Part shown: piece by piece, positions 20,953 to 31,929 of the stretch
Numbering within the stretch: position 1 is the stretch's first letter
Layout: each line of letters opens with the position of its first letter
Origin: a bacterium
GTDB taxonomy: Bacteria > Patescibacteriota > Minisyncoccia > UBA6257 > 02-FULL-45-10c
Length of the DNA stretch: 64,000 nt
Reading direction: 5' to 3'
Assembly: GCA_030700025.1 (NCBI GenBank)
Contig: JAUYKI010000015.1
Span: forward strand, 28,623 to 92,622
Notes under the pieces: generated by a model
Told to the model about the DNA's origin: nothing
Database searches by the model: none
Seen by the model: only the letters and a program-made list of their open reading frames with translations
Translations under genes and position numbers: made by a program

Positions 20953-22398
20953 TCAATTTAATACAAAAATTGAGTAACTCCCCAAATTTGAATAAGGCGA
21001 ATAATGTTTATCTAAAATAAGTTGCTCCGGGCTGGATAATCCCTCACTAGCCGAAAAAACAATGACTTCCGGCAAAGAATCGGCCAATAACGGGCTGGTT
21101 CCCATAGTCGGAATGCCGGCCATATCTACAATTTGAAACCGCTGGTCGGTTTTCAGCAATACCGAAAGCGCCAGGGAATTGATAGTGCCAATACTCTGAT
21201 TTAGAAATTCCTCATTTAAAAAACGGCTGGCTTTAATTTCGGAATCGGAATAAAAAATTTGAGCGCCGGTAAAAAGATGGGTTAGTTGAATTACAATCAA
21301 AGCTAGCGCCAAGCCAACCGGCAATCGTCGCGGATTTAACTTTAACTTAGCAATAAACAACTTAACGCGAATTAACAGCGATGATAAAACTGCCGGCAAA
21401 ACAAAAAGAATTAAAAGTTCGGCGATTAAAATATAGCGCAGCCAGCCCGGACTCCGAAGATAATAAATAAAAGCGAAAATGCCGTAAATAATTATAAAGC
21501 TATAAAGCGATTTTAATTTAATATTTTCTTCCTTAGTTCTAACCCGCCAAAGCAAAATAAACAAAATTCCGAAATAAATCAGAGTGGTGGAAAGGGGCGC
21601 GTTTAATAGATTTTGCGCAACATTTTCCATTAAAGAACCGGCGGAGTAAGGATTTTGATAAAAATTTAATATTCCTACCCAAGCCGATTTTGAAAACGGC
21701 TGTTCTAATACCAGCAACACCCAGCCAGCCGCGGCCGGCAACGCGCCCAACCCTACCAACATTAGTTTTTTAAAAAAGCCTGATTTTTCTAATAAGAAAA
21801 TAACCAGCATTACTGGCAAAATCCAGGTAAACACCGACGGCTTAGTAACTATCGCGAGGCCCCACAAAACTCCGCTCCAAAAATAAGAATTTTTATTAAG
21901 CCATAAATAAAAGCCGATAAGTAGAAAAATGAATCCCGGTATCTCGCCCACCACGGTCCGGCCGCTGTCGTGAAAAGAGGCAAAAGTAACAATTAATCCG
22001 ACTGATAACAAACTCAATTTTTCTCCGAATAAACTGCGACCCACCACAAAAATTGCCATTAGGGCAATTGCCATCCAAATCAGCATATAAATCCGCGCCT
22101 GAACCAACCCATAACCGAATATCTTAAAAAAGATGGCCAGGGGAACGGTTACCGGGTAGCCGGTAGACTGCAACAACTCTGGAAAGTCAGTGAATTCTCC
22201 GGGGGCAATCTGGACATTAAGCTTACCGAAGCCCAAAAAGCTTCTGGCCAGCTCAATACTCTTAGCCTCATCTATCCAAAGCCGTGGTTTAGTAGTCAGG
22301 GTCGCCCAAGAGCCGGTTAAAAATATAAGAAGAATCGCGCCCAGAACAACGCGAGGCCAATGTTCTTTAATAAAATTTTGATAAATCGAATTGTTCAT
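20953..22398 (-). CDS. ArnT/PMT-family (GT-C) glycosyltransferase
   Basis: LWIDE after TM1, ...QAR, TKP; many TMs. Confidence 0.7.
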   Translation of the reverse strand: MNNSIYQNFIKEHWPRVVLGAILLIFLTGSWATLTTKPRLWIDEAKSIELARSFLGFGKLNVQIAPGEFTDFPELLQSTGYPVTVPLAIFFKIFGYGLVQARIYMLIWMAIALMAIFVVGRSLFGEKLSLLSVGLIVTFASFHDSGRTVVGEIPGFIFLLIGFYLWLNKNSYFWSGVLWGLAIVTKPSVFTWILPVMLVIFLLEKSGFFKKLMLVGLGALPAAAGWVLLVLEQPFSKSAWVGILNFYQNPYSAGSLMENVAQNLLNAPLSTTLIYFGILFILLWRVRTKEENIKLKSLYSFIIIYGIFAFIYYLRSPGWLRYILIAELLILFVLPAVLSSLLIRVKLFIAKLKLNPRRLPVGLALALIVIQLTHLFTGAQIFYSDSEIKASRFLNEEFLNQSIGTINSLALSVLLKTDQRFQIVDMAGIPTMGTSPLLADSLPEVIVFSASEGLSSPEQLILDKHYSPYSNLGSYSIFVLN

Positions 22399-23128
22399 AG
22401 TTTTTAATTCCCGATCGATGTAAAATATAGCGCGCCAAAACATTAAGAATACCCAAGCCGTATTTCAAGCTACGTCCGAATCCAATCATGGAAGCTTCCG
22501 CGAAGTATCGGGTGGTAATCGGAATTTCTTTTATTTTCATATTCGCCACCTTCATTTGGGCAATAATTTCGGTATCAAAAACAAAGTCGTTTGAATTAAG
22601 CCCCAGCGGAAGCTCTAAAACTTTCCGGCTATAAGCGCGGAATCCCGAATGATATTCAGTTAAATTCATTTTTAAAACCAAATTCTCCAGCCGAGTTAAG
22701 AAAATATTAGCTATAAACTTCCAATAAGGCATGCCGCCTAATAGCGCGTTGCGCCGAACATACATTCTTGATCCAAAAACCGCGTCGCATTCACCGCGGA
22801 CAATCGGCTGAATCATTTCGGGAATAAATGAGGGATCGTATTGAAAATCAGGGTGAACCATGACGGCAATATCCGCCCCCAGCCTCAAAGCCTCCCGATA
22901 GCAGGTCTTTTGATTGCCCCCATAACCAAGATTTTTATCATGAACAATGGTCTTTATCCCTAAATTTTTAGAAGCCTCCGCTGTATTATCCCGGCTGGCG
23001 TCGTCCACTAAAATAATCTCGTCCACCCAATCTTTCGGAATGGCAAAAAGAGTCTTTTCTAAAGTTTTAGCGGCATTATAAGCCGGCAAAACTACAATTA
23101 TTTTTTTATCGGATATTTTAACGCTCAT
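22367..23128 (-). CDS. GT2 glycosyltransferase
   Basis: VLPAYNAA, VDDAS, GYGGNQK, HPDFQYDP, HSGFRAY. Confidence 0.9.
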   Translation of the reverse strand: MSVKISDKKIIVVLPAYNAAKTLEKTLFAIPKDWVDEIILVDDASRDNTAEASKNLGIKTIVHDKNLGYGGNQKTCYREALRLGADIAVMVHPDFQYDPSFIPEMIQPIVRGECDAVFGSRMYVRRNALLGGMPYWKFIANIFLTRLENLVLKMNLTEYHSGFRAYSRKVLELPLGLNSNDFVFDTEIIAQMKVANMKIKEIPITTRYFAEASMIGFGRSLKYGLGILNVLARYILHRSGIKNYEQFDLSKFY

Positions 23129-23827
23129 TTAATCTATAAACCGATATTTTATAATGGTCCATAAAATCAAAAATCCGTGCTTCCAATTAATTTTTTTTCC
23201 TTCTTCATAATTGCGGGGGTGGTACTTAATTGGGGCGGTAATAATTTTCTTTCCGCGCTTTAAAATTTTACAAACCAATTCATTATCAAAATCAAAATTA
23301 TTAGTTTTAACATTAATAGAATCTATCAGTTTTTTAGTAAACGCCTTATAACACCCCTCATATTCTTCGATGTTTGCCCTATAAAGCGCGTTGGTAAGCC
23401 AGGTAATAACTTCGTTGCCGAACCAGCTAAACCAATACAAAGATTTATGCCGCCGAGCATCATGCTCGGGCTGAACCCGGACGCCCAATACCGCCTCGGC
23501 CCGGCCATCTAAAATCGGCTGAATCATTGCCGTGTAATCATTGGGATCATACTCTAAATCCGCATCCTGAATAATAACCATATCACCGGTAGCGTTTTTA
23601 AATCCGGTTTTAACGGCGCCGCCTTTGCCAAGATTTTTTTCATGAAAAATATAAATAATTCCCGGGGTCTTTTTTAAAATCTCTCTGGTGCCATCCGTAG
23701 AGCCGTCATCTACTACAATAATCTCTTTTTCTATCTGGCCCAGCGAAACTGCCTTTACCGCCCCCAATAGCTTTTCTATGGTGTTTTTCTCGTTAAAAGC
23801 GGGTATAATAATGGAAAGTTTAGACAT
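23129..23827 (-). CDS. GT2 glycosyltransferase
   Basis: [29 protein letters not shown]. Confidence 0.9.
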   Translation of the reverse strand: MSKLSIIIPAFNEKNTIEKLLGAVKAVSLGQIEKEIIVVDDGSTDGTREILKKTPGIIYIFHEKNLGKGGAVKTGFKNATGDMVIIQDADLEYDPNDYTAMIQPILDGRAEAVLGVRVQPEHDARRHKSLYWFSWFGNEVITWLTNALYRANIEEYEGCYKAFTKKLIDSINVKTNNFDFDNELVCKILKRGKKIITAPIKYHPRNYEEGKKINWKHGFLILWTIIKYRFID

Positions 23828-23841
23828 CAATACAATATAAC

Positions 23842-24564
23842 ATGGCTAAAAATATTATTGTCATACCGACCTATAATGAAAAAGCTAATATTTCCTTGCT
23901 TTTAGAAAAAATTTGGGGCCTGCTTCCCGATACCTACGCCATGGTGGTAGACGATAATTCCCCCGACGGCACCGCTGAAGTGGTAGAAAAATTAAAAATC
24001 CGGTATCCAAACCTTCTATTATTGAAACGCCCGGGCAAAGACGGGCTCGGCAAAGCTTATATTGCCGCTTTCCGGAATATTTTTGCCAATTATAATTTTA
24101 CTACCATTACCATGATGGACGCGGATTTATCACACGACGTAAAATATTTACCGGAAATGCTAAGATTATCGGAAAATTTTGGCCTGGTGATTGGCTCGCG
24201 GTATATTCTCGGGGGCGGAGTCACTCAAAAATGGGGCGCTGGGCGACGGCTTCTTAGCGCGGCCGGAAATTTATATCTAAAAATAATTTTTCATCGCTAT
24301 CCGATTCAGGACTGGACTACCGGTTACAATGTAATCAGGGTGAATGTTCTTAAAAAAGTAAATTTTGATGAATTAAATCCGCGGGGCTACGCCTTCATCT
24401 CCAGCCTGAAATACCGGCTGGCCAAAGCCGGAGCCGCTATAAAAGAATCCCCGATATTTTTTGAAGAACGAAATGGCGGAGAGTCCAAGATGTCCCTTTT
24501 TATTATTCTAGAGGGATTAATTTTGCCCTGGAAAATTATTTTCCAAAAGCTATTCCGTCGTTAA
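23842..24564 (+). CDS. GT2 polyprenol monophosphomannose synthase-like
   Basis: [28 protein letters not shown]. Confidence 0.9.
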   Translation: MAKNIIVIPTYNEKANISLLLEKIWGLLPDTYAMVVDDNSPDGTAEVVEKLKIRYPNLLLLKRPGKDGLGKAYIAAFRNIFANYNFTTITMMDADLSHDVKYLPEMLRLSENFGLVIGSRYILGGGVTQKWGAGRRLLSAAGNLYLKIIFHRYPIQDWTTGYNVIRVNVLKKVNFDELNPRGYAFISSLKYRLAKAGAAIKESPIFFEERNGGESKMSLFIILEGLILPWKIIFQKLFRR

Positions 24565-24581
24565 GGGAGTGTTCTTAAATT

Positions 24582-25913
24582 TTAAAGATTGCTGATTCGT
24601 TCTAAAACTCTTTCAAGATTTCTCCAGGCATCAAAAATAGTATTCAAAATTAAAAACAAGCTTACATAAAGGGCGGATTTCCAAGCAAGGCGGCCGCTTA
24701 ATAATTCCCGCAAGCCATAACCGGCAAACACCGCAAAAAATGGGTAAACCAGCATCCGATATCGCGTCTCTACGATAATGCCCACCACCGCCAATGGCAT
24801 CATGATTAATAAGGCGGTTAAAAATTGGGCTCGGGTTTTATCGGCGCCCGCCAAATTCTTAATTTTAAGGATTCCCCAAAATCCTAAAATAAATAAAATT
24901 GCGGAATATATCGCGGAAAGCGCTAGCGTCAATCCCCTGCTTAAACCGTGCAAATGAAACCAAAAACCGGTCGGCCGGGCGAAACTAAAATAAATGGAGA
25001 TTCTGTAAAAAGTTATTTTTAAAAATTCCAAAGGGTGGAATGCCATAAATTTTAAAGTTTCCTTGGTTAATTGCCGGCTGCCGGCCACCAAGCCATATTG
25101 TTCCAGGTATTGATCGGCCAGCGGATAAGGCTCTAATTCGCCGGTGGCGCCCAAGTGGTTGCCGGCCAGCAAATCCACGCCATAGGCTAAATTAGTGGGA
25201 ACAAACGCGTTAAAAACAATATAATTCCGAATAATCCAGGGCGTAAAAATAATGGCTGCTCCGCAAAGAACTAATAATCCGTGATTCCATTGTTTGGCGC
25301 GAAAACAGTAAAATAAAATCGGCAGAAAAAGAAATAGCGCGGGAGTCCGGACGCTTCCCGCCGCCCCCATCGCTAAACCCAATAATAAAATTATCGGCCA
25401 AGAGCGCCGCTGGCTATTAAAATAACGGAAAAATAAATAAGCGCTGAGGGTAATCAAAAAAACTCCCAGCGTTTCCGTCATCAGCATTCCCTGCATAGTA
25501 ATCAAATCCGGAGAAAAACCGATTAAAACAGCGGCAACAATTCCCGCGGAAAAACTCCAATTATCTTTAAAAACCTGCCTGCTAACTCCAAAAACTAGCA
25601 GGGCCGAAAGGGCCAAAAGAAAAGCCTGGATAACCCAAATTACTTCATAGCTATAGCCAATAATAAAATAAATTGCCGCCAGAAAGAATTCGTATCCCGG
25701 ACCCACCCGCATAATAGAGTTATCCTGATCCAGCGGGCCCTCTAAAGACCCCCGATAACCGTTACCGGCGACAATATTCCGGGCAATGCTATCATAAGCG
25801 CGGGCATCTACCGCCGGCGGAATTCTGAAATAAAATGAATAGGCCAAACCGCAGATAAATACCCCCAACAACACTGCCGCCAAAATTAATTTTTGATTTT
25901 TGCTTAATTCCAT
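24582..25913 (-). CDS. GT-C fold (ArnT/PMT-like) glycosyltransferase
   Basis: DARAY, PGY..FLA, LMTETL, PWIIRNY. Confidence 0.75.
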   Translation of the reverse strand: MELSKNQKLILAAVLLGVFICGLAYSFYFRIPPAVDARAYDSIARNIVAGNGYRGSLEGPLDQDNSIMRVGPGYEFFLAAIYFIIGYSYEVIWVIQAFLLALSALLVFGVSRQVFKDNWSFSAGIVAAVLIGFSPDLITMQGMLMTETLGVFLITLSAYLFFRYFNSQRRSWPIILLLGLAMGAAGSVRTPALFLFLPILFYCFRAKQWNHGLLVLCGAAIIFTPWIIRNYIVFNAFVPTNLAYGVDLLAGNHLGATGELEPYPLADQYLEQYGLVAGSRQLTKETLKFMAFHPLEFLKITFYRISIYFSFARPTGFWFHLHGLSRGLTLALSAIYSAILFILGFWGILKIKNLAGADKTRAQFLTALLIMMPLAVVGIIVETRYRMLVYPFFAVFAGYGLRELLSGRLAWKSALYVSLFLILNTIFDAWRNLERVLERISNL

Positions 25914-27010
25914 CTTTTTATTATCTTAACAACTCTTTTCTCCCAAGTATAATTCTGAACCTTGGCGTAGGCATTCGCGGATAATGATTCTGCCAATGAC
26001 TGATTGCCGGCCACGGCTTCAATGGCTTTAGTTAAATTGGCCGAATCGCCTGCTTGAAAAAAGAAGGCTTCTTTTTCGCCGATCATTTCCCGCAACGAAG
26101 GAAGATCGGACGCGACAATCGGCCTTTGGCAGGCCATATACTCAAAAAGCTTTAAAGGAGAAGTGTATTTTTCAGAAATCGGATCTCCGGCCTTATTGGG
26201 AATAACTAAAACATCAGCCGCTTTTAAATAAAACGGGATATTTTCCCTTTTTAAAAAAGGCAGTATCCTAGCCTTAGTTTTAGGATATCGTTCTTGGATT
26301 TTTGCCAATTCATGGGGATGAGCTCCAATTAAAATTACCAAATAATCCTCCCCAAGTTTATCGGCGGCTTCAATTAAAGAATCGGCCCCTTTCCAGTCAT
26401 AAAAAAGGAAACTGCCGGTATATAGAATAATTTTTTTATTCATGGGCAAGCCCAGCTTTTGCCGCGCTTCTTTTTTAGAAATATTAATGGCAAATTCGTT
26501 CAGGTCCACGCTGTCGGGCAAAACCAAAATCTTCTCCGGAGCTATTCCCAGGCGCAGAATCTCTTTTTCTAAGGAATGCGTAATGACAACAATTAACCCG
26601 GCGCGCCGCAACATACGCAAAAACCATTGCCCGGCCCGATGAGGCATGGCATGAACCTCTAAAATAAAATTGTGGAATAAAATTCCCGTTAATGATTCTC
26701 GGGTATAAATAATATCGTATTTTTTAAACAGCAAATAGATTCTAGTAAAAATCAAAAAGCTGGCGGTGGATATAAAAAACCCGATTTTATGAATATCCAC
26801 CCAATCCGGGCCGGGTATCCAAATGATTTTAAAATTTTTCCTAACCTTATAAAACTCAAATGGATCAGTCTGCAAATTATTAAAACGGCGCGGTACCAAC
26901 AGATCCACGGCAACCCCCTGCTCGGCAAAGGCTTCGCACATTTTCATAATCTGGATGCCGTGAGCCTTCTCGGTAGGCATACGGATATTGGCGATATAAA
27001 TTAACTTCAT
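25904..27010 (-). CDS. GT4 glycosyltransferase
   Basis: RMPTEKAHGIQI, TSPLKLFEYMA, VASDLP. Confidence 0.9.
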   Translation of the reverse strand: MKLIYIANIRMPTEKAHGIQIMKMCEAFAEQGVAVDLLVPRRFNNLQTDPFEFYKVRKNFKIIWIPGPDWVDIHKIGFFISTASFLIFTRIYLLFKKYDIIYTRESLTGILFHNFILEVHAMPHRAGQWFLRMLRRAGLIVVITHSLEKEILRLGIAPEKILVLPDSVDLNEFAINISKKEARQKLGLPMNKKIILYTGSFLFYDWKGADSLIEAADKLGEDYLVILIGAHPHELAKIQERYPKTKARILPFLKRENIPFYLKAADVLVIPNKAGDPISEKYTSPLKLFEYMACQRPIVASDLPSLREMIGEKEAFFFQAGDSANLTKAIEAVAGNQSLAESLSANAYAKVQNYTWEKRVVKIIKRWN

Positions 27011-27134
27011 CCCACACATAACAAAGACTGCGAAGCTTTTCGCAAATCCTTGCCTTTTAATTTAATGCGGCATTTTGATTTTACCATCATAGTTATTAGC
27101 TTAGATATCCTATGGTCTTTGTTATGTGTGGGAT

Positions 27135-28280
27135 TCATATTTTTAAAATTTGCAAAAACTTATTAGCGGCGTCTTGCCAGGAAAAAATTTTAGACCGCTC
27201 TAATCCCTTAATAATTAAATCTCCGCGCAGGCTATTATTGCTTAAAACTTCAAAAATTTTGTCCGCCCATTGCTGGGGATCTTTCGGGTCCGCCAACACC
27301 GCGGCGCCGCCCGCCACCTCTGCCAATACCGGAATATCTGAAACAATTACCGGCGTCCCACAGCTCATGGCCTCTACTATCGGCAAACCAAAACCTTCCA
27401 ATAAAGAAGGAAATGCTAAAACATCGGCCAAATTATAAATAGCGGGCATATCTTCGTCTTCAATATAAGGCGCAATTATTACGTCCTGATTCAAATTTCT
27501 GCTTTTAATTTGAGCCTCGATCATAGAGGTATATTTTGGCAAATGCCTGCCTCCCGCAATAACCAGTTTATGCGGAATAGGGTGGGCGCTCTTTAATAAT
27601 GAAAAGGCTTCAATGAGAGTGTGAATATTTTTATGGGGCTCAATTCTGGAAACATCTAAAATAAAAGGTTTTGCGATGCCGTATTTATCCTCCAAAAGTT
27701 TTCGGGATTTTTCTTTAGCGTCCTCCGAATATTTTTTGAAGTTTTCTCCGGCAGCGGGATAAATTATAGAAACCCTATCGGGATTCAAATGATGATATTC
27801 AATAACTGCTTGCCGCGCGTCTTTAGAAACCGCGATGACTGAATCCAAAAAATATTTGCCGGCTATTCCCAAGAACCCATAAAATAACTTTGTGCCCAAG
27901 TCTAATTTTTCTTTATAAATAAGGTTCGCCGGGGCATCATAGGCCAATAATACAAATTTCTTAGAATTTAAAAACCAAAATCCCGGATAAACAAATTTAT
28001 TAAAAATAACAGCGTCAAAGCTTTCTTTATTAGAAATAAAAAAAATCAGATAAGATATTAAGGTGGAAAAAATCGGACTAGGATAAACTTTTATCTCAAT
28101 ATTTCTGATTTTTTCAGCCAGCGGGTGGCTGCATGGCCCCGCCTTTCTAATCAGCACGACCTCTGCTTGATCGGAAAAATTAGCCAAAAGCTGTTCAGTT
28201 AATTTTTGAACTACCAATGCGGTTCCCTTGGCTTTTCTGGAAAAATCTTCGCCGAAAAAAGCAACTTTAATTTTTTTCAT
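27135..28280 (-). CDS. GT4 glycosyltransferase (mannosyltransferase-like)
   Basis: EPHKN, FPSLLEGFGLPIVEAMSCG. Confidence 0.9.
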   Translation of the reverse strand: MKKIKVAFFGEDFSRKAKGTALVVQKLTEQLLANFSDQAEVVLIRKAGPCSHPLAEKIRNIEIKVYPSPIFSTLISYLIFFISNKESFDAVIFNKFVYPGFWFLNSKKFVLLAYDAPANLIYKEKLDLGTKLFYGFLGIAGKYFLDSVIAVSKDARQAVIEYHHLNPDRVSIIYPAAGENFKKYSEDAKEKSRKLLEDKYGIAKPFILDVSRIEPHKNIHTLIEAFSLLKSAHPIPHKLVIAGGRHLPKYTSMIEAQIKSRNLNQDVIIAPYIEDEDMPAIYNLADVLAFPSLLEGFGLPIVEAMSCGTPVIVSDIPVLAEVAGGAAVLADPKDPQQWADKIFEVLSNNSLRGDLIIKGLERSKIFSWQDAANKFLQILKI

Positions 28281-28312
28281 CTTCTTATGCTTATGTAACT
28301 TTTTTCGCCGCC

Positions 28313-29059
28313 TTATCGTTTCGGAATATTTTTCTTCCAGCGCAAACTCCAAACTACCCCTAAAGACTCCTGAATATCCTCCCAGGAGCTTTTAGACGCC
28401 CCGCCGGTCCGTTCTAAAAACTTAATGGGGATTTCCTTAACTCTGGCGCCTAATCGGATCATTTCATATAAAAGATGGATTTTATAAGCGTGGCGCCTGG
28501 ATAAAATTTTATCCTCCGATAAAGGCAATTTATCAAAAAACCCGCTAACCCGCGTTAACTTAAATCCGGAAGTATTATCATTAGTGGGCAATTTCAGCAT
28601 GAATTTTATGAACCACCCGCCGAACCAGCTTAACAATTTGCGGTACCAAGCCCATTTTTGAGGAATAGCTCCGCCTGGAACGTATCGGGAACCAATTACA
28701 TAATCATAGCCATTATCTAATTCCGCGATTAAGCGCTTAATATCTTTGGGGTCATGCTGAAAATCCCCGTCAAATTCTATAAAAGCGCCGGCGTCCATTT
28801 TTTCTACCGCGTATTTCATGCCGGCAATATAAGCCATGCCCAACCCGCGCTTTTCTTTTTCTATCAATAATTCGATGTTGTTATACATCGGCATTTTAGC
28901 GCGAACCGCTACCGCTGTTCCGTCCGGCGAATTGCCGTCTACGACTAAAATACTTAACTCGTGATTGGCAATATTTAAAAACTCCGCCTCTACCGCATCA
29001 ATTACCCGGGTGATGGTTTTTTGCTCGTTATAGGTGGGTATAATAACAACTATTTTCAT
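28313..29059 (-). CDS. GT2 polyprenol monophosphomannose synthase-like
   Basis: IPTYNE, VDGNSPDGT, GLGMAY, FDGDFQHDP. Confidence 0.9.
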   Translation of the reverse strand: MKIVVIIPTYNEQKTITRVIDAVEAEFLNIANHELSILVVDGNSPDGTAVAVRAKMPMYNNIELLIEKEKRGLGMAYIAGMKYAVEKMDAGAFIEFDGDFQHDPKDIKRLIAELDNGYDYVIGSRYVPGGAIPQKWAWYRKLLSWFGGWFIKFMLKLPTNDNTSGFKLTRVSGFFDKLPLSEDKILSRRHAYKIHLLYEMIRLGARVKEIPIKFLERTGGASKSSWEDIQESLGVVWSLRWKKNIPKR

Positions 29060-29064
29060 AAAGA

Positions 29065-30723
29065 TTACTTAATTTTGTAAACGCTTACGGCCGGGCCCAA
29101 TTCTCTTAATCGGAATAAACCGCCGGGAGCGCCTTTCAGCTGGCCGATAGACAAAGAATAGGTCTCTTGCGAATCGCCAAAAGACTTCAATAATATACCC
29201 CCTTTGGCCAAAGATTGAAAATGCCGAAAATACTCCGGACGCTGAGCAAAGTCTGTCTCGCTTATCACTAAATATTGATATTGATTTTTCTTAGCGTATT
29301 CTTCCACGGAGTCAAAAAAGTCGTCGTTAGCAACCGAATAAAGATTCAAGGCGTGGAAATACTTATCCTTTCGAATTATTAGGTTTTCTTCAGCAACATC
29401 CGTCTTTCTCAAAGAGCCGGGGTCAATCAATCGCTGTTCGGCAATCGCCTCTACGCTAGACGGCAAACGTGTTAATCGCGCATATACCAAGATTTTAGCG
29501 CTCTGGGGAATATTCTCCTTAACCCAATTCCGCAAATGAATCCGGGAATCATTACGATAGGCCAAATATCCCAGCCGTCCGGCGGCCGCCAGGGGCAATA
29601 ACAACATCAGCAAGAAAACGGCCATAATCAAACGGCGGTTGAAAATCTTTTTTATTTCTCCGAAAGCAAAACCGGCCGTAATAACCCAAAATGGCAATAA
29701 CGGCAAAATAAAGCGATGCTCATAGCGGAAAAGCCAGTAAAAAACTCCCGAGTAGCCGTAAATAAAAATTAAAAGCGTAAAAAACAAAGGTTTTTGGCGC
29801 ATTAACATCAAGCCAAGCCCAATGGCCGCGAATAATGCCAAAATTGGTTCGGATAAAATAATCGGTTTTAAAAATTGAACTGGGCTTGCTAATAAACCGC
29901 TTAAAGTTTTAACTTCATTCAAGGTTACATCATTCTTAAATCCAAAGCTAGCCGGATAAAGAATTGATGGCAAAAATGCTAAAACAATAAAAATAATTCC
30001 GCCTAAATAAAAATGCTTATTTTTAATTAAGTCTCCAAAATTCCTTTTTTCATATATAAAATACCATCCCGCCATCAAAATCAGAAAAAGCGCCGTAATC
30101 GGACTAACGCCCATTCCCAGGCCGGTAACCAATAAAGCGCTGAAATATCTCTTTTCCCAGGCCCATTTCTCATTAACTAATAACCAAAATCCTAAAAGAT
30201 AAAAAATGGACACCGGCAACCAATGCCGTCCCGCTAATGAAAACATGACGTGCGTAAGGCTGGTCGCCAGAAAAAAAGCCGCCGCCAATCCGGCGATTTT
30301 ATCTTTAAAAAGATTTTTAGCCGCGTCATAAGCCAGCCACACCGAAATAACTCCCAATAAAACATTCAAAAATCGGGCAGTTAAAAAGAAGGCGGACAAA
30401 TCGCTGGTTAAATAATAAATAAATTGTCCGGCTGGTCCCGAAAATAATAAGAATTTTGCTCCCAATAAAGCTAAAAAGGGCAAAATATAAACATAGGCAA
30501 GATACGGCGGGTAATATAGTACCGATTTAAAGTCTTCCAAATTAAAGGCCGGGATCGGATTTTTCAGCTGAATCATCTTCAGAGCCGCCAGGGCAAATGG
30601 AGGCTCGTCATCTATCAGCCACAACGGCAACCCATAGCCAATGCCAATTAATCTCACTACAAACGCAAATGCCAATATATAAATTAGAATCTGCCTTGAA
30701 CTGAATATGCCAGACATACCCAT
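29065..30723 (-). CDS. ArnT/PMT-family (GT-C) glycosyltransferase
   Basis: RLIGIGYGLP...DDE, YYPP, ARFL; many TMs. Confidence 0.75.
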   Translation of the reverse strand: MGMSGIFSSRQILIYILAFAFVVRLIGIGYGLPLWLIDDEPPFALAALKMIQLKNPIPAFNLEDFKSVLYYPPYLAYVYILPFLALLGAKFLLFSGPAGQFIYYLTSDLSAFFLTARFLNVLLGVISVWLAYDAAKNLFKDKIAGLAAAFFLATSLTHVMFSLAGRHWLPVSIFYLLGFWLLVNEKWAWEKRYFSALLVTGLGMGVSPITALFLILMAGWYFIYEKRNFGDLIKNKHFYLGGIIFIVLAFLPSILYPASFGFKNDVTLNEVKTLSGLLASPVQFLKPIILSEPILALFAAIGLGLMLMRQKPLFFTLLIFIYGYSGVFYWLFRYEHRFILPLLPFWVITAGFAFGEIKKIFNRRLIMAVFLLMLLLPLAAAGRLGYLAYRNDSRIHLRNWVKENIPQSAKILVYARLTRLPSSVEAIAEQRLIDPGSLRKTDVAEENLIIRKDKYFHALNLYSVANDDFFDSVEEYAKKNQYQYLVISETDFAQRPEYFRHFQSLAKGGILLKSFGDSQETYSLSIGQLKGAPGGLFRLRELGPAVSVYKIK

Positions 30724-31929
30724 TTATTTTACCATCTTTACGGCACCAGCCGATTCTAGGCAATCCCTGTATTGTTTCCAATATTCTTCCTGCTTAGGCC
30801 AATTTTGCAATAACCTTAAAGCATTCTGTTTAAATTCCTCTCTTTTAAAAGAGTTTTCTTTCGATTCTAAAATCGCCTTGGCGAGCGCCCGCTCATCGCC
30901 CACCGGAACCACCCAGCCATCCAAATCATCAATCAATAATTCTCCCGCCAAACCAACGTCCGTCATAACTACGGGCAAGCCCGCCGCCATCGCCTCCACA
31001 ATCGTCCGTCCGTAACCTTCATAATTAGAAGTCAGTAAAAAAATATCAGCTGTTTTATAATAAGAAGCCAGATCATCAGTCCAGGGCTCAAGAATAATAT
31101 TATTTTGTAATTTGTAATTTGTAATTTGTAATTTAAGCGCTTCGTGTTTTGGTCCATTGCCCACTATTACCAATAGTGATTTAGGGTATTTCTCCGCCAC
31201 CTCCCGCATGGCCTCAATTCCCAAGCCAATATTTTTTTCTTGAGTCAGCCGGGAAGCCATCAAAATAATAAAATCGCGATCGGAATATTTTTGGCGCAAA
31301 TCTATTTTTATTTTAGCTGTTTGAATTTTTTTAACATCAACTAAAATCGGCAATACCGATATGGGGCGTAAGGTATGGGGTTTAGGATATAGGGCTAATA
31401 ATGATTGCTTGATTCGCTCACTAACAACCCGGATGCCGTCCGCGCGGGGAAGTAAAAATTTAGCCAGCCAAACCCGCAGTTTATTTTTGAAAGATTCACT
31501 ATAAAAATAAGGGCTGAAAATATCGGCGTGTATTTGCAGCTGCAAAGACAAATTGAATTTCTTTTTCAAACACCAGCCGACTAATCCCGTTTCAAAAGGA
31601 TCCTGCGCGCTTATAGCGCAATTTCTAATTTCTAATTCCCAATTTCTAATGATATTTTTCCCGATTTTATACGCGTCCCAAAAATACAATATCCGGAAGC
31701 GCGTATTGGTGGGATAAGTAAAAACATTCTCGCTAATTTGTAATTTAAAATTTATTTGTGATTTGTCCTGCCTGCCGATAAGCATGGGATTTGTGATTTG
31801 TGATTTTCGTGTTGCAAACACGATTATGTGCAGTTCTTCAAAAAGCGGGCCGTAATTGCCAATCCTTTTCCTGGCTTCAGACTTTTCATCCAATATTTGT
31901 TTATCGGTAGAGAACATTAAAACTTTCAT
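30724..31929 (-). CDS. GT4 glycosyltransferase (carries several in-frame repeat insertions)
   Basis: QDPFETG, RLTQEKN, EGYGRTIVEAMAAGLP. Confidence 0.9.
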   Translation of the reverse strand: MKVLMFSTDKQILDEKSEARKRIGNYGPLFEELHIIVFATRKSQITNPMLIGRQDKSQINFKLQISENVFTYPTNTRFRILYFWDAYKIGKNIIRNWELEIRNCAISAQDPFETGLVGWCLKKKFNLSLQLQIHADIFSPYFYSESFKNKLRVWLAKFLLPRADGIRVVSERIKQSLLALYPKPHTLRPISVLPILVDVKKIQTAKIKIDLRQKYSDRDFIILMASRLTQEKNIGLGIEAMREVAEKYPKSLLVIVGNGPKHEALKLQITNYKLQNNIILEPWTDDLASYYKTADIFLLTSNYEGYGRTIVEAMAAGLPVVMTDVGLAGELLIDDLDGWVVPVGDERALAKAILESKENSFKREEFKQNALRLLQNWPKQEEYWKQYRDCLESAGAVKMVK